DNA from: Candidatus Bilamarchaeaceae archaeon
GTDB lineage: Archaea; Micrarchaeota; Micrarchaeia; Anstonellales; Bilamarchaeaceae
DNA length: 64,000 nucleotides
Assembly: GCA_038870635.1 (NCBI GenBank)
Contig: JAVZJR010000001.1
Coordinates: forward strand, 1 to 64,000
Direction: 5' to 3'
Of this stretch, positions 18,414-29,613 are shown piece by piece. A program made the translations under genes and the position numbers. The notes beneath the pieces were generated by a model. That model saw only the letters and a program-made list of their open reading frames with translations. It had not been told where the DNA came from and did no database searches. Position 1 is the stretch's first letter; every line of letters starts with the position of its first letter.

Positions 18414-18590
18414 AGGCAAGGCAGAGGACGGCAAGCCAAAAACTCCCGCCTCTCAACCCCCCTATTTTTATTATTTGGCTGCCGGCCTCTCCACTATCCT
18501 CCCACCAGAAACCCCTCTGGGGTTTCTAATATTAATTTAGGCAAGGCGATAAGAGTCGCGCGTCCTCCCATAAACCCAAACGCGACTCTT
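18414..18590. other. GC-rich multi-hairpin intergenic element (candidate structured 3' UTR or ncRNA)
   Basis: Stems 18423-18440/18474-18490, 18507-18527 and 18551-18560/18581-18590; repeated aggcaaggc and tcctccca. Confidence 0.6.
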
Positions 18591-18673
18591 TCTATCTTTT
18601 TTAGTTTTTTATTCCAAAGAAAGTAAAGAAATTAAGATAAAGAAAGAAATAGATAAAATTAAAAAATAAAAAA

Positions 18674-19945
18674 TTATTGAGTCTTTGGGGTAACGTTAAG
18701 AACTATACCAGCTGCCACTGTTTGACCCATATCTCTTATGGCAAATCTTCCAAGTGGTGGAAAGTCTTGGAACTTTTCAATAACTACTGGTTTAAGCGGT
18801 TGTACTTTTACAACTGCAACATCACCAGTCTTAATAAAATCTGGTTTTACTTGTGCGGTCTGACCTGTTTTTGGGTCTTTCTTTTCTAGTATTTCAATAA
18901 TCTTACCAGCAAATTGGGCGGTATGAACATGGAAAACAGGTGTATAACCAACTGCTATTGCGGTTGGATGATTAAGAACGACGATTTGTGCAGTAAAATC
19001 TGCTGCAACTGTTGGGGGATTGTTCGTTGGGCCTATAACATCTCCACGCTTTATATCTTTCTTATCGACATTTTTAAGATTAAAACCAATATTGTCACCA
19101 GGTACTGCTTGTGGAAGCTCTTTGTGATGCATTTCAATTTTCTTAACTTCACCCTTTACACCAGAAGGCATAACAATAACAGTGTCATTTGGCTTGAGGA
19201 CACCTGTTTCTACTCTTCCTACTGGTACAGTACCATGACCAGTAATAGTATAAACATCTTGGATTGGTAATCTCAACGGCTTATCAATTGGTTTTGGAGG
19301 AACCACAAATGTATCTATAACTTCCACTAAAGTAGGTCCATTATACCAAGGCATGTTGGATGATTTTTTAGTTATATTATCACCCATGTAAGCTGATGTT
19401 GGGACGAACTTGACTTTACTCACATCGTAACCAATACCTTTCAACAACTTTTCAGCCTCTGCTTTTACTTTATCGTACTCTGCTTGGCTATAATTAACAG
19501 CATCCATCTTATTCAAACTAACTGCGATTTGTGGAACACCAAGAACCTTAGCTAAGAAGGCGTGTTCTTTTGTTTGTGGCTGAATACCATCTTTAACAGA
19601 TACGATAAGAATTGCTGCATCTGCTTGACTTGTACCAGTAATCATGTTCTTAACAAAGTCCCTGTGGCCAGGTGCGTCTATAATAGTGCAATAGTATTTT
19701 GGTGTTTCGAACTCTCTGTGGGCTACATCAATAGTAACACCACGTTCACGCTCTTCTTTTAAATCGTCCATAACATACGCAAATTCGAAAGTCGCCTTAC
19801 CGAGCTTTGCTGCTTCTTCTTTTAGCCTCGCAAGTACTTGCTCGGATATCGCGCCAGTCTCATACAAAATCCTACCAACACTTGTTGACTTACCAGAGTC
19901 AACATGGCCGATAAAGACCAAATTCAAATGCTCTTTCTGTGCCAT
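18674..19945 (-). CDS. tuf: translation elongation factor aEF-1alpha
   Basis: [40 protein letters not shown]. Confidence 0.98.
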   Translation of the reverse strand: MAQKEHLNLVFIGHVDSGKSTSVGRILYETGAISEQVLARLKEEAAKLGKATFEFAYVMDDLKEERERGVTIDVAHREFETPKYYCTIIDAPGHRDFVKNMITGTSQADAAILIVSVKDGIQPQTKEHAFLAKVLGVPQIAVSLNKMDAVNYSQAEYDKVKAEAEKLLKGIGYDVSKVKFVPTSAYMGDNITKKSSNMPWYNGPTLVEVIDTFVVPPKPIDKPLRLPIQDVYTITGHGTVPVGRVETGVLKPNDTVIVMPSGVKGEVKKIEMHHKELPQAVPGDNIGFNLKNVDKKDIKRGDVIGPTNNPPTVAADFTAQIVVLNHPTAIAVGYTPVFHVHTAQFAGKIIEILEKKDPKTGQTAQVKPDFIKTGDVAVVKVQPLKPVVIEKFQDFPPLGRFAIRDMGQTVAAGIVLNVTPKTQ

Positions 19946-20271
19946 ATACAATACCTCCTCTCGAATATTTTTTACCTTACCAGAATAAGGCTTAAAATGA
20001 GTTTAAAAAAAAACTTTTATAAAGCTTTCCCTAAATAATTTATATAAGTGGTAAAAAATATATAAAAATGCAATTGAAATGAGAAAAAAGAGGTACGAAT
20101 TTTTTGATTTCTTCCATTCTTTCTTTTCTAATCTTTTTATATAAAGGTATATAAGGCCCTTAAAAATAATATATTAAAACTCTGTTAAGTCCTAGAAACA
20201 CTTAGTTGCCGCCAACACTATTCATCATAAACATTAATAAATACTTTTATACACATTATTTCTGTGATTTT

Positions 20272-20982
20272 ATGGAGATGAAAACAAAAAAAATGGAAGG
20301 TAAAAAAGCAAAAGTTGAGAAAGATAATCAAAAGCCAAAAAACCTTGCCTTCGATACTTTGCTTGAAGAGGCCAGAAGAAACGAAATAAAAGCAAAAATG
20401 CAAAAGAATATTGAATTAATCGAAGCGGTTAAAAAACGTGATAAAAAAAAGATAAGCGAACTTATTATGGCAGGAGCTGATCCTACAAAAAGAGACATAC
20501 TAGGCGGCTATCCTGACGAAGCCATAATAATAGCAAAAAAGACTCAAGATTATGAAATGCTTACACTCATAACTAACAAGATTATTGAATATTTTGAAAC
20601 AAAAGGAAATGTGGAAAAAAAAGAAGAAAAAGATAAACTCAATAAAGTACTCATTATCGCAAGCGATATGTTTTTACCGCTTGAGAAGATCAAAAGATTG
20701 GTAGAACTCGGCGCAAAACCAGATTCACAATATAAAGACTTTGAAAATGGACAGAGCGCATTCATAAAATGTGCAATAAAAGGAAATATAGTTGCTGCAA
20801 ATTATTTTAAGGATTATATAAAAAATATATCGCATGAGGATGGAGATGGAAAAACTGCGATGATGCATGCGATGGCGCACAGACATGATGATATTAGATG
20901 GCTAATTTTTGAAGAAATGGAAAAACGCAGAAAATCACCTCCAAGAGAAATAGAAGAAGAATTAATAATTCCAGATGATTAA
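20272..20982 (+). CDS. ankyrin-repeat-like protein
   Basis: LIEAV...ELIMAGADP, LVELGAKPD, DGDGKTAMMHA. Confidence 0.7.
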   Translation: MEMKTKKMEGKKAKVEKDNQKPKNLAFDTLLEEARRNEIKAKMQKNIELIEAVKKRDKKKISELIMAGADPTKRDILGGYPDEAIIIAKKTQDYEMLTLITNKIIEYFETKGNVEKKEEKDKLNKVLIIASDMFLPLEKIKRLVELGAKPDSQYKDFENGQSAFIKCAIKGNIVAANYFKDYIKNISHEDGDGKTAMMHAMAHRHDDIRWLIFEEMEKRRKSPPREIEEELIIPDD

Positions 20983-21020
20983 GTTTTTTTTAATACTTTA
21001 CACAAAACATAAAAACCCAA

Positions 21021-21076
21021 GGAGAGGATGGTACACCCGAAGGCTCCATCCACTCCTCCCACCAGCCTAAAAAGGC
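21021..21076. other. hairpin plus tcctcccaccag element, second copy of the 18.4-18.6 kb motif
   Basis: Stem ggag-ggatgg/ccatcc-ctcc; 12-mer identical to 18497-18508. Confidence 0.55.
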
Positions 21077-21208
21077 ATCTGATAGTTATGTTAAAAAGAT
21101 TTAAATTACTTGATTTTTTTCTCGTGATAAAAAATACGCAAAAATTTATTTTAAAACACTAAAAAAATCTTACGAAAGAATTTTAAAACAAAAACGATAA
21201 ACAAATTT

Positions 21209-22411
21209 ATGGACGACCAGAAAATTGAGAAAATAATAAAATATGGAACAATAGTCGCTGTTTTGGGTCTGGCCACAATAGTAGTAGTTTTATTTTTACA
21301 AGTAAAACTTCCAGTAATTGGCAAACCGAGTAATTGGCTCGTGAGCGGAGGGCTAACACTTACAGAAATAGAAGAAACAGAAGAGGAAAATATTTGCGAT
21401 GATATGTGTTATTACAAAAAAGCTCTTCAAAACGCAACTTATTGTGATTACATAAAAAACGAAAGCGTAAAAGAGGATTGTTATGAGAAATGGGTAGATG
21501 AAAGCTTAGATTATTGTCTTAAGGTAAAGGGAAACATTAGGGAAGAATGCATATACTACCACGCGAAAAAAAACGACAACATAGATATATGTAGAAATGC
21601 AATAAATAGAAGCGCTTGCATGCTGTATGTTGATGATTGCTATAGCTACGAGGATAACACAGAAAAAGGCAGATGTTTCGCTTTTAAAAGAAAAAATTAC
21701 ACTTATTGTTTAGATGACTTATGTTATTTTGATTTCGCTCTTTCAATAAATGAAAAAGAAATATGTAATATGATAAGTTCGCCTGCAAGAAAAACAGCAT
21801 GCGTGTCGATAATAGAAAAGAATGATAGATGTACCGAATTAAATGTTCCTGCAGAAAAAGACTTGTGCTGGCAACTATATGCTATTGAATCGAAAGATAG
21901 TGCAGTGTGCTTCAGAATAAGCAAAGTGAGTAGGTATGCTCTTAATTGCTTTGCATATTATGCGGCTAAAATGAAAGATTTAAGCTTTTGCGATGCAGGC
22001 GGATTTGTTTTAGATGATTTATGGAAATGCTATCGCATATACTCCCTTGAGAGTGGGGATCTCACTGGCTGTGATTTGATATACAATAAATCATTAGGGT
22101 ACGCAACGACGAATATATATGCGTGTTATGCAGAGTATGCAAAAAAATATGGAAACCCTGCAGCATGTAATGGAATTCGTGACCTCTCTCAAATGAGAAC
22201 TTGTTATGAAGGGTCGATATTAGGAAAAACAAACATAGATTATACAAAGTGCGCAGATATCCAGCTATCTATATGGAAAAACAAATGTTATACAGAGTAT
22301 GCAAAATACAACAATGACCCCACTAAATGCGATTACATAACAACAAATAAAGAAGAAAGAGAAGCTTGTTATATCGCTTGGCGTGTTTATAATAATGTAA
22401 CGTCAAGTTAG
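21209..22411 (+). CDS. membrane-anchored Cys-rich repeat surface protein
   Basis: N-terminal TM then repeated C..I......C..Y units. Confidence 0.8.
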   Translation: MDDQKIEKIIKYGTIVAVLGLATIVVVLFLQVKLPVIGKPSNWLVSGGLTLTEIEETEEENICDDMCYYKKALQNATYCDYIKNESVKEDCYEKWVDESLDYCLKVKGNIREECIYYHAKKNDNIDICRNAINRSACMLYVDDCYSYEDNTEKGRCFAFKRKNYTYCLDDLCYFDFALSINEKEICNMISSPARKTACVSIIEKNDRCTELNVPAEKDLCWQLYAIESKDSAVCFRISKVSRYALNCFAYYAAKMKDLSFCDAGGFVLDDLWKCYRIYSLESGDLTGCDLIYNKSLGYATTNIYACYAEYAKKYGNPAACNGIRDLSQMRTCYEGSILGKTNIDYTKCADIQLSIWKNKCYTEYAKYNNDPTKCDYITTNKEEREACYIAWRVYNNVTSS

Positions 22412-22870
22412 TTTTATCTCTTTGTCAGCTAACAAATGAGAAAGAAAACCAGCAGTGCCAAAAACTGCAAAGTAAAAATTAAAAAAAACCAAAAGGATAA
22501 AAGCGTAAATGATGCTGAAGACAATCGAGTGAACAAAGCCGCGATGGCGAGGAATTAAAAATAACATAACTATGGAGTAAGCCCCAAACATAGCAAGTGC
22601 TTGGAAAAGAATTTTTTGAAGAACCACAATAATAAAAACGTCATCTATTTCATGAATATTTATAATCAACGGAAGTAAAAAAGAGAGCAAGAGAGCAGTG
22701 AAATTGCTCAATTGCCTTATCTTACTATCTTTGTGATCTATATCAGGCACTAAAGCAGATAAAGCGCAAACAACAACGAGAAGAGCAGAATAAAAAAAAT
22801 CAAAAGTGAAAAATAATGATAAAATAACGCCAGTGAGGAAGCCGATTAGCAAGTGTTGAGGCCAATTCAT
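22403..22870 (-). CDS. membrane-bound metal-dependent hydrolase (YdjM/DUF457-like)
   Basis: H, PDID, HRGFVHS, SHLLAD. Confidence 0.88.
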   Translation of the reverse strand: MNWPQHLLIGFLTGVILSLFFTFDFFYSALLVVVCALSALVPDIDHKDSKIRQLSNFTALLLSFLLPLIINIHEIDDVFIIVVLQKILFQALAMFGAYSIVMLFLIPRHRGFVHSIVFSIIYAFILLVFFNFYFAVFGTAGFLSHLLADKEIKLT

Positions 22871-22892
22871 AAAAAATTATTGAAAAAAATAA

Positions 22893-23783
22893 TTATAATG
22901 ATTTCACAAAGCCTAAGAGGTCTTCAACAGATTTTGCCTGAGAGATTTTAAAACGAATAGAAGAACAATTGTCGCAACCCCTAAAAATAAATAAGGCTTT
23001 TTGGCGTAAATCAGTAATATTGATATAACCTACTTTTTCACAAAATGAGAAATACTCAAGAAAAATTCTTTTTTGCCCTTTTATACCATTGGGTTTTTTG
23101 TTTTTAAAACAAAGGGGATTTTTCATTGCAGCGCGGCCTATCATAAAAGAAGCGCAAAAACCATCGCGTACCCTTCCTAAACCATCGGCTACATTTGCAA
23201 TATCGCCATTTCCCACAACTGGTACGTTTATTTCATTAGATATTTTTTTTATTATGTCCCAATTAGCTTTTCCAGAGTAAAGTTGAGTTGGAGTTCTGCC
23301 ATGTACTACTAAAAAATCTGCGCCGCCCTGTTCTATTTTTTTGCAAAAACATATTGTTTTTTTCTCATTTTCTAAAATACGCATTTTAACAGATATAGGT
23401 AAATCAGTATGATATAATGATGAAATTATTTCTACTATTTTTTTTGGCTTTTTGAGAAGTGCAGCTCCAGCTCCTACGCGTATTATATTATCCATAGGGC
23501 AACCACAATTAATATCAAACCATTTAATAAAAGGAAATGAGGCCAAAAGAACATGGGAAGCAATTTTAAACTCTGTTGGATTCGACCCAAAAAGCTGAAC
23601 GCCGACAAACTTTTCTTTATCGCTAATCTGGATTTTATCAATCCCTTCTTTTCTTTTAGCGATTGCAGTAACATTAACTAAAGGCACAACTGTAGCGCTA
23701 GCGCCGTATTTTTGACACAGAAGTCTAAAAGGTAGGTTGGTATACTCAGAAATAGGCGCGAGAAAGTTTTTTGGTAAGCGCAT
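22893..23783 (-). CDS. dus: tRNA-dihydrouridine synthase family protein
   Basis: LAP, QLFG, DINCGCP, GAGAALL, VKMR, VHGRT, GNGDI. Confidence 0.92.
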   Translation of the reverse strand: MRLPKNFLAPISEYTNLPFRLLCQKYGASATVVPLVNVTAIAKRKEGIDKIQISDKEKFVGVQLFGSNPTEFKIASHVLLASFPFIKWFDINCGCPMDNIIRVGAGAALLKKPKKIVEIISSLYHTDLPISVKMRILENEKKTICFCKKIEQGGADFLVVHGRTPTQLYSGKANWDIIKKISNEINVPVVGNGDIANVADGLGRVRDGFCASFMIGRAAMKNPLCFKNKKPNGIKGQKRIFLEYFSFCEKVGYINITDLRQKALFIFRGCDNCSSIRFKISQAKSVEDLLGFVKSL

Positions 23784-23801
23784 GTTATAATAAATAAGTA
23801 G

Positions 23802-24710
23802 TTAATCAAATAAAGCTGCCTCTAAAACGAAGGCATAACAACTGACTACATAACTACATATACGATCAATTATCTTTTGAGGCATTCTTCTTCTTTTTCC
23901 TTTACAAAGATAGACAGTACCTCCATGATGTAATCCAAGAGAATATGAAATTCCAAAACCAGGTGATGTAAAATTATCTATCTTTTCATAGTTAAAAAGA
24001 GGTAATCTTTCCATACAGCCGCCTAAATCAACACGTACAAGATTTCCAGTTTCCTTAGCCAAAAGAACTGCTTTTTTTATATCATTGATAGAAAAACCTT
24101 CAGCACAAATCCACTGACTTAATTGCGAAGGGAAAAAAGGAACACTGTCAAAATCTATTGAGAGATGTATATTATAATTTTTTGGGAAAGGATGGAGTAA
24201 ATCAACGATACTGCGCAAAAAATAACGTTGAAAGTATTCCAGCTGTTCATCTTTTATCCATCCTTTAGATACACCTTTACAAAGATGCTCATAAACTTCG
24301 TCATTAGCACACCATTTATTTGATTCTGGTATTGCAAATTGCGGAATAAATTTATGCCGGTATTCTGACTGAGACATATGATTAGCAAAATTAATTCTAC
24401 TTTTTTTATACTTCTTGAAAGGATCAACTTGCACCGGAATCCAATCAGAATGAGCATCAATGTTTCTCTTTATTGTTCTTCTTCTGCTGTCCTTATAATC
24501 AAAGTAATAGGAGAGATGATGATAATAACCGGAAGACCAAATGAGTATGGCTGGCTGATTTCGTGGCTGTTCTATTTTTGTTATCATACTAATTGCTTTT
24601 TTTGGCGAGAGTGGAAGGAACGATACTTGCGAAAAATGTTCAAACTCTTTTATCTTCTCAACAATTCTTTTGTTTGATTTGTTGTCCACGAAGTAAACAG
24701 TTTTTTGCAT
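23802..24710 (-). CDS. diverged arginase/ureohydrolase-fold protein (paralog 1)
   Basis: SGYYHHLS, IDAHSD and LSIDFD metal-ligand-like motifs. Confidence 0.6.
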   Translation of the reverse strand: MQKTVYFVDNKSNKRIVEKIKEFEHFSQVSFLPLSPKKAISMITKIEQPRNQPAILIWSSGYYHHLSYYFDYKDSRRRTIKRNIDAHSDWIPVQVDPFKKYKKSRINFANHMSQSEYRHKFIPQFAIPESNKWCANDEVYEHLCKGVSKGWIKDEQLEYFQRYFLRSIVDLLHPFPKNYNIHLSIDFDSVPFFPSQLSQWICAEGFSINDIKKAVLLAKETGNLVRVDLGGCMERLPLFNYEKIDNFTSPGFGISYSLGLHHGGTVYLCKGKRRRMPQKIIDRICSYVVSCYAFVLEAALFD

Positions 24711-24756
24711 ACTATTATTCTAAATAAAAGTGTTAAAAAATGTATTTGCTTGGCTA

Positions 24757-25917
24757 TTATAGACCTGCTTCTTCCCTCAACAACTTTGCCATATCAGTTT
24801 TTTCCCAACTAAATTCCGGTTCTTCCCTTCCAAAATGACCATAGGCCGCAGTTTTTCTGTATATTGGTCTTAATAAATTAAGTTTCTCTATCATGTCTTT
24901 TGGTTTAAACGAGAAGTTCTCCATGACAAGCTTTTCTATTTTTTCAACTGGAATCTTTGCTGTCCCTCTTGTATCTATGAATACTGAAAGAGGCTTTGCA
25001 ACACCTATAACATAAGAAATCTGCACTTCGCATTGGTCTGCAAGACCTGCTGCAACTATATTTTTTGCCACATATCTTGCCATATACGCGCCAGAGCGAT
25101 CGACTTTGGATGGATCTTTACCTGAGAAGCAACCGCCACCGTGATGACCTCTACCACCGTAAGTATCAACTATTATCTTTCTACCAGTTACACCACTATC
25201 CGCAGCAGGTCCACCAAGCACAAATTTTCCTGTGCCATTTATATGCACTATTGTTTTTGAGTCAAAAAGATCACCGCAAACTGGCTTTATTACTGTTTCC
25301 AATATATCTTTTCTTATTTTATCTAATGAAACGTTCTCGTCATGTTGCGCAGCTATAACCACAGTATGCACTCGTGCAGGAACATGATCGCGGTATTCTA
25401 AAGTAACTTGAGTTTTTCCATCTGGCCGAAGATAAGGTAAAGTGCCGTCTTTTCTAACTTCTGCAAGTTTTTTTGCCATCTTGTGTGCCAACATAATGGG
25501 CATAGGCATAAGCTCTTTTGTCTCTTTGTTTGCATAACCAAACATAATTCCTTGATCGCCCGCACCTTGCTCATGGCCTGCGGACTCATTTACACCTTGT
25601 GCTATATCTGGCGATTGCTCGTGTATAGAAGAAAGAACGCCACAAGTCCTGTAATCAAAAAGATATTCTGGTTTTGTATACCCAATATCTCTTATAACAT
25701 CTCGCACAACTTCTTGAAACTCAACATAACCAGTAGTAGTTATTTCTCCCATAACAACAACAAGACCAGAAGTAGTCGCAGTCTCAACAGCAACGCGCGC
25801 TTTTGGATCCTGTTTTAACAACTCGTCCAAAATGGCGTCTGAGATTTGATCGCACATCTTATCTGGATGTCCTTCAGTTACAGATTCTGATGTAAACAAA
25901 TAATTTTTAGATGACAT
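24757..25917 (-). CDS. metK: S-adenosylmethionine synthetase, bacterial/eukaryotic type
   Basis: [33 protein letters not shown]. Confidence 0.98.
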   Translation of the reverse strand: MSSKNYLFTSESVTEGHPDKMCDQISDAILDELLKQDPKARVAVETATTSGLVVVMGEITTTGYVEFQEVVRDVIRDIGYTKPEYLFDYRTCGVLSSIHEQSPDIAQGVNESAGHEQGAGDQGIMFGYANKETKELMPMPIMLAHKMAKKLAEVRKDGTLPYLRPDGKTQVTLEYRDHVPARVHTVVIAAQHDENVSLDKIRKDILETVIKPVCGDLFDSKTIVHINGTGKFVLGGPAADSGVTGRKIIVDTYGGRGHHGGGCFSGKDPSKVDRSGAYMARYVAKNIVAAGLADQCEVQISYVIGVAKPLSVFIDTRGTAKIPVEKIEKLVMENFSFKPKDMIEKLNLLRPIYRKTAAYGHFGREEPEFSWEKTDMAKLLREEAGL

Positions 25918-25984
25918 GCTTTTTTTTCTACACTATCATTTAAAAACATTTAATAAAAAAGTAGTACACAAAAGGTGACCATAA

Positions 25985-27589
25985 ATGGCTGAGTTGTTCA
26001 AGGATTTCAAGGAGCACTCAGTAGCGGAATTCTTCAAGAAAAACAGACAGATGTTAGGTTTCAGTGGACCTACCCGCTCCTTTACTATAATAGTACATGA
26101 GTTAGTGACAAATAGCCTTGACGCGTGTGAAGAAGCAGGAATACTGCCAGAAATAGAAGTAGAAATAAACCAACTTGAGGAGGATCATTTTCTAATAAAA
26201 ACAAAGGATAATGGACCCGGCATCCCTGAAAAATATATAGGAAAAGCACTTGGAAAAATGCTTGCAGGCACAAAATTCCACAGATATATCCAACAAAGAG
26301 GGCAACAGGGAATAGGAGCAAGCGGCTGTGTTATGTTTTCCTACTTAACAACTGGAAAACCTATCAAAGCGATATCCTGTTTTGATAAAGTTAAAAAAGA
26401 ATACGAAATTAGTATTGATTTGAAAAGAAATGAGCCGATAGTGAAAAAACTAAATGAAGAACCGACAGAAGAGCAAGGTCTAACATTTATAGCGGAATAT
26501 AAAGAATTGAAATATGAGAAAAGCAACAAGGGACCGTTTGAGTATTTAAGGAGAACGGCACTTGCGAATCCACATGCAACAATAAAAATAAAAGAACCTG
26601 ACGGAACATTGTCAGTCTTTCCGCGTTCAGTAACAACAAATCCGCCTCGTCCTTTTGAGATAAAACCGCACCCTCTTGGCATAGGAACACACGATCTTCT
26701 TGAATTTTGCCAAAGATATGCGAAGGATTACAGAAAATTTTCATCAATGTTACAAGAAGTTTTTGCAAGAGTGAGCGCTAACAAAGTCGCTGAATTGCGC
26801 GCACTTCTCCCCGATGTTGATTTAGATAAAAACCCAGCACTTATAAACTGGGAAGAGGCTGAGAAAATAGTAAATGCCTTTAAAAAAGTAAAATGGATAG
26901 CACCCTCGATGGACGCATTAGTACCTATAGGAAAAACGCAAATAGAAACTTCTTTCAAAAATATTTTTAGCCCAGAATACCTTGTAGTAACAGAAAGAAG
27001 CCCAAAAGTTTATCGCGGAGGCATTCCTTTTATGGTTGAGGCGGCTATCGCTTATGGCGGCGGCATCACAGCAGCAGATAAAAAAGGAGAAATAATGAGA
27101 TTTGCAAATCGTGTGCCTCTGCTTTTTGACGCTTCCAGTTGTGCGATAACAGAAACGGTAAAGAGTATTGATTGGTCAAGGTACAACTTAAAGAACTTCG
27201 AAGAAGAGCCAATAGTCGTATTAGTAAATTTTGTGAGTGTGTACGTGCCATACTCCAGTACCGGCAAACTTGCGATAAGTGGCGAAGACGACATAAACGA
27301 CGAGATAAAATTTGCGGTTATGGAAGCTGCGAGAGGGATGCAGAGATATATATCTGGTAAAAGAAAGACTATGGAGTTAGCAAACAAAAAGAGATTAGTT
27401 TTGAGGTATGTGCCGCAATTATCATCAGACCTTGCTTTTTTAACTGGTGAAAAAAAAGAAGATATAGAAAAGAAATTAATTGAGATAATAGAAAACAAAT
27501 ATTCAAGAGAAGAAACCGAAGCGGAGGAAGAAAAAACTGAAAAAAAACCGCAGCCAAGTTTGGAAGAAGAGGTAGATGTTAATGAATAA
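25985..27589 (+). CDS. top6B: DNA topoisomerase VI subunit B
   Basis: ELVTNSLDACE, DNGPGI, RGQQGIG, RFANRVPL. Confidence 0.97.
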   Translation: MAELFKDFKEHSVAEFFKKNRQMLGFSGPTRSFTIIVHELVTNSLDACEEAGILPEIEVEINQLEEDHFLIKTKDNGPGIPEKYIGKALGKMLAGTKFHRYIQQRGQQGIGASGCVMFSYLTTGKPIKAISCFDKVKKEYEISIDLKRNEPIVKKLNEEPTEEQGLTFIAEYKELKYEKSNKGPFEYLRRTALANPHATIKIKEPDGTLSVFPRSVTTNPPRPFEIKPHPLGIGTHDLLEFCQRYAKDYRKFSSMLQEVFARVSANKVAELRALLPDVDLDKNPALINWEEAEKIVNAFKKVKWIAPSMDALVPIGKTQIETSFKNIFSPEYLVVTERSPKVYRGGIPFMVEAAIAYGGGITAADKKGEIMRFANRVPLLFDASSCAITETVKSIDWSRYNLKNFEEEPIVVLVNFVSVYVPYSSTGKLAISGEDDINDEIKFAVMEAARGMQRYISGKRKTMELANKKRLVLRYVPQLSSDLAFLTGEKKEDIEKKLIEIIENKYSREETEAEEEKTEKKPQPSLEEEVDVNE

Positions 27590-28676
27590 AACAACATTGG
27601 AAAAACTCGAAGAGTTGGGGAAAAAAATAACTGCAGAGATAGAAAGAAATGAAAGCCCAACTTTTGAAACTCCTTTGCGCACTAAGGCAAATACAATATA
27701 CGACGAAGGATTAGGGTGCCTAAGGATAGGAGATAAAAAAGAAACACGAAAGTTTCTCAGCATGTCTCAAGCAAAAACTTTTATGCAAACAATAGCAATA
27801 GCAGCGAAAACAAAGAAGTTTATAAAAGAAGGATTACACACATCCATTCGTGGTCTATTTTACCAACTTAAATTTACATTAGGAGAGGATATAGAAGAAG
27901 ATTTATTTTCTGAGCAAAGCGAATCTAATGCACTCATAGAGGACTTAGAAGTTGCACTGGGTGTAAAAAGGGAAGACCTTAACCTTACAACCGACAGAAA
28001 AGGTTTTGTTGCAGGAGAAATGATAATAAAAGATAAGTTTGGGGGGGAAGAAACAATAATAGATTGCTCAAAACAAGGAAGAAGCGGTTGGAGCATCCCA
28101 AGTGATGTAGACAATGATATGGAGATAAAAAAAATAGATGCTAATTATGTGCTAGTTGTTGAGAAAGATGCGCTCTGGCAAAGGCTAAACGAAGATAAGT
28201 TTTGGAAAAAAGAAAACTGCATCCTTATAACACCAAAAGGACAATCGACGAGAGGAACACGAAGATTATTAAGAAAGTTGGCAGACATGAAGCTGCCGAT
28301 ATACGCCCTAATGGACTGCGATGCATGGGGATGGTATATTTATTGGACTATAAAGACTGGAAGTATGAACCTTGCCTATCTTGGAAGAAATTTTGCAGTT
28401 CCTGAAGCAAAGTTTTTGGGAGTAACGATGAGCGACATAGAAGAATTCCCATTCCTCAAAAAACTGACAATAAAGGCAAAAGAAGTAGACATAAAAAGAG
28501 CGGAAGAGATGCTTGAGTATCCTTGGATAAACAAGCACAAAGAATGGGTAAAAGAACTTAAACTAGTTTTGAAAACAAAACAAAAAATAGAGCAAGACGC
28601 TTTACAAGGCGAAAGATTAACTTTTGTCGGGGAGTATATAAAAAATAAAATAGAAAAGAAGAAGTGGTTGCCTTGA
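27582..28676 (+). CDS. top6A: DNA topoisomerase VI subunit A
   Basis: RGLFY (catalytic Tyr), VVEKDA, DCDAWG, KIEQDAL. Confidence 0.97.
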   Translation: MNKTTLEKLEELGKKITAEIERNESPTFETPLRTKANTIYDEGLGCLRIGDKKETRKFLSMSQAKTFMQTIAIAAKTKKFIKEGLHTSIRGLFYQLKFTLGEDIEEDLFSEQSESNALIEDLEVALGVKREDLNLTTDRKGFVAGEMIIKDKFGGEETIIDCSKQGRSGWSIPSDVDNDMEIKKIDANYVLVVEKDALWQRLNEDKFWKKENCILITPKGQSTRGTRRLLRKLADMKLPIYALMDCDAWGWYIYWTIKTGSMNLAYLGRNFAVPEAKFLGVTMSDIEEFPFLKKLTIKAKEVDIKRAEEMLEYPWINKHKEWVKELKLVLKTKQKIEQDALQGERLTFVGEYIKNKIEKKKWLP

Positions 28677-28677
28677 T

Positions 28678-29160
28678 TTACTTGTTTTCTCCTTTATACC
28701 TGCCATTGTAAAGTTCCTTTGTTTCTTCTAAAAGTTTTATAAAAACAATTTGACCTAATTTGGCATTTTTCTTTAAGATTATCCCATTTTCGTTATGGAC
28801 TACCAAAAGAGATTCACTTCTGCCTTCATAACCAGGATCCCAAACTGCGCATTCTAAAGTTGCACCGCATCGTAATAAAGAAGAGCGCGGGAAACAAAAA
28901 GCAGCTACGTCGGATGGAATCCTAACGTACTCATTATATAAAACCTTGTATGCCCCTTTCGGAAGAAAAACCTCATCCCTAACAAAATCTATTCTTTCCG
29001 CTGTGCTTAGCATTCTTTCTTTATTGTCAAAATCAATTTTACCTGGTGAAGAAAACCTATAAACTTCTTTCATAGTCATATCAAAACCTGCTGGCTGAAA
29101 CTGACTTTCACTTAAAAAATTTGAAAAAAAAGATTGCATTCTATGTTTTGGGATTATCAT
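28678..29160 (-). CDS. dut: dUTPase / dCTP deaminase family protein
   Basis: QPAGFD, PRSSLLRCG, WDPGYEG, YNGRY. Confidence 0.88.
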   Translation of the reverse strand: MIIPKHRMQSFFSNFLSESQFQPAGFDMTMKEVYRFSSPGKIDFDNKERMLSTAERIDFVRDEVFLPKGAYKVLYNEYVRIPSDVAAFCFPRSSLLRCGATLECAVWDPGYEGRSESLLVVHNENGIILKKNAKLGQIVFIKLLEETKELYNGRYKGENK

Positions 29161-29210
29161 GATTTGTTTTTTCTAGCAATGTTTTTTAAGGTGTGGTGCG
29201 TTAAACGTTC

Positions 29211-29603
29211 ATGAGAAAAAAGAAAGTTGTACTAACCGGTGGCGTTTTTGATGTTTTGCATGCGGGCCATATTTATACACTTGCGCAAGCAAAAAAATAT
29301 GGGGACAAACTCGTCGTGGTGGTAGCAAACGATGATTATATAAGAAAGAAAGGAAGAGAACCAATACACACACAGGAATATCGCGCCTTTATGGTAAAAG
29401 CAATACGCTACGTTGACGAAGTTATCCTAGGAGGAAAAAATCCAGAGGACATTATAAAAAAAGTAAAACCAGATGTCATAGTCTATGGATACGATCAAAA
29501 ACCATTTATTAATCCAAAAGGTGTGAAAATAGTAAAACTCAAAAAGCATATAGAAAAAAACAATCTTAAAACAAGCAACATACTAAAAAAATTGGGTTTA
29601 TGA
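29211..29603 (+). CDS. ribL: FAD synthase (cytidylyltransferase family)
   Basis: [29 protein letters not shown]. Confidence 0.8.
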   Translation: MRKKKVVLTGGVFDVLHAGHIYTLAQAKKYGDKLVVVVANDDYIRKKGREPIHTQEYRAFMVKAIRYVDEVILGGKNPEDIIKKVKPDVIVYGYDQKPFINPKGVKIVKLKKHIEKNNLKTSNILKKLGL

Positions 29604-29613
29604 AGGTGATGGA

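Noticed and set aside
18400..18670. SRP RNA, RNase P RNA or rps10
   Set aside because: No SRP helix-8 or RNase P conserved motifs, and no S10-like ORF
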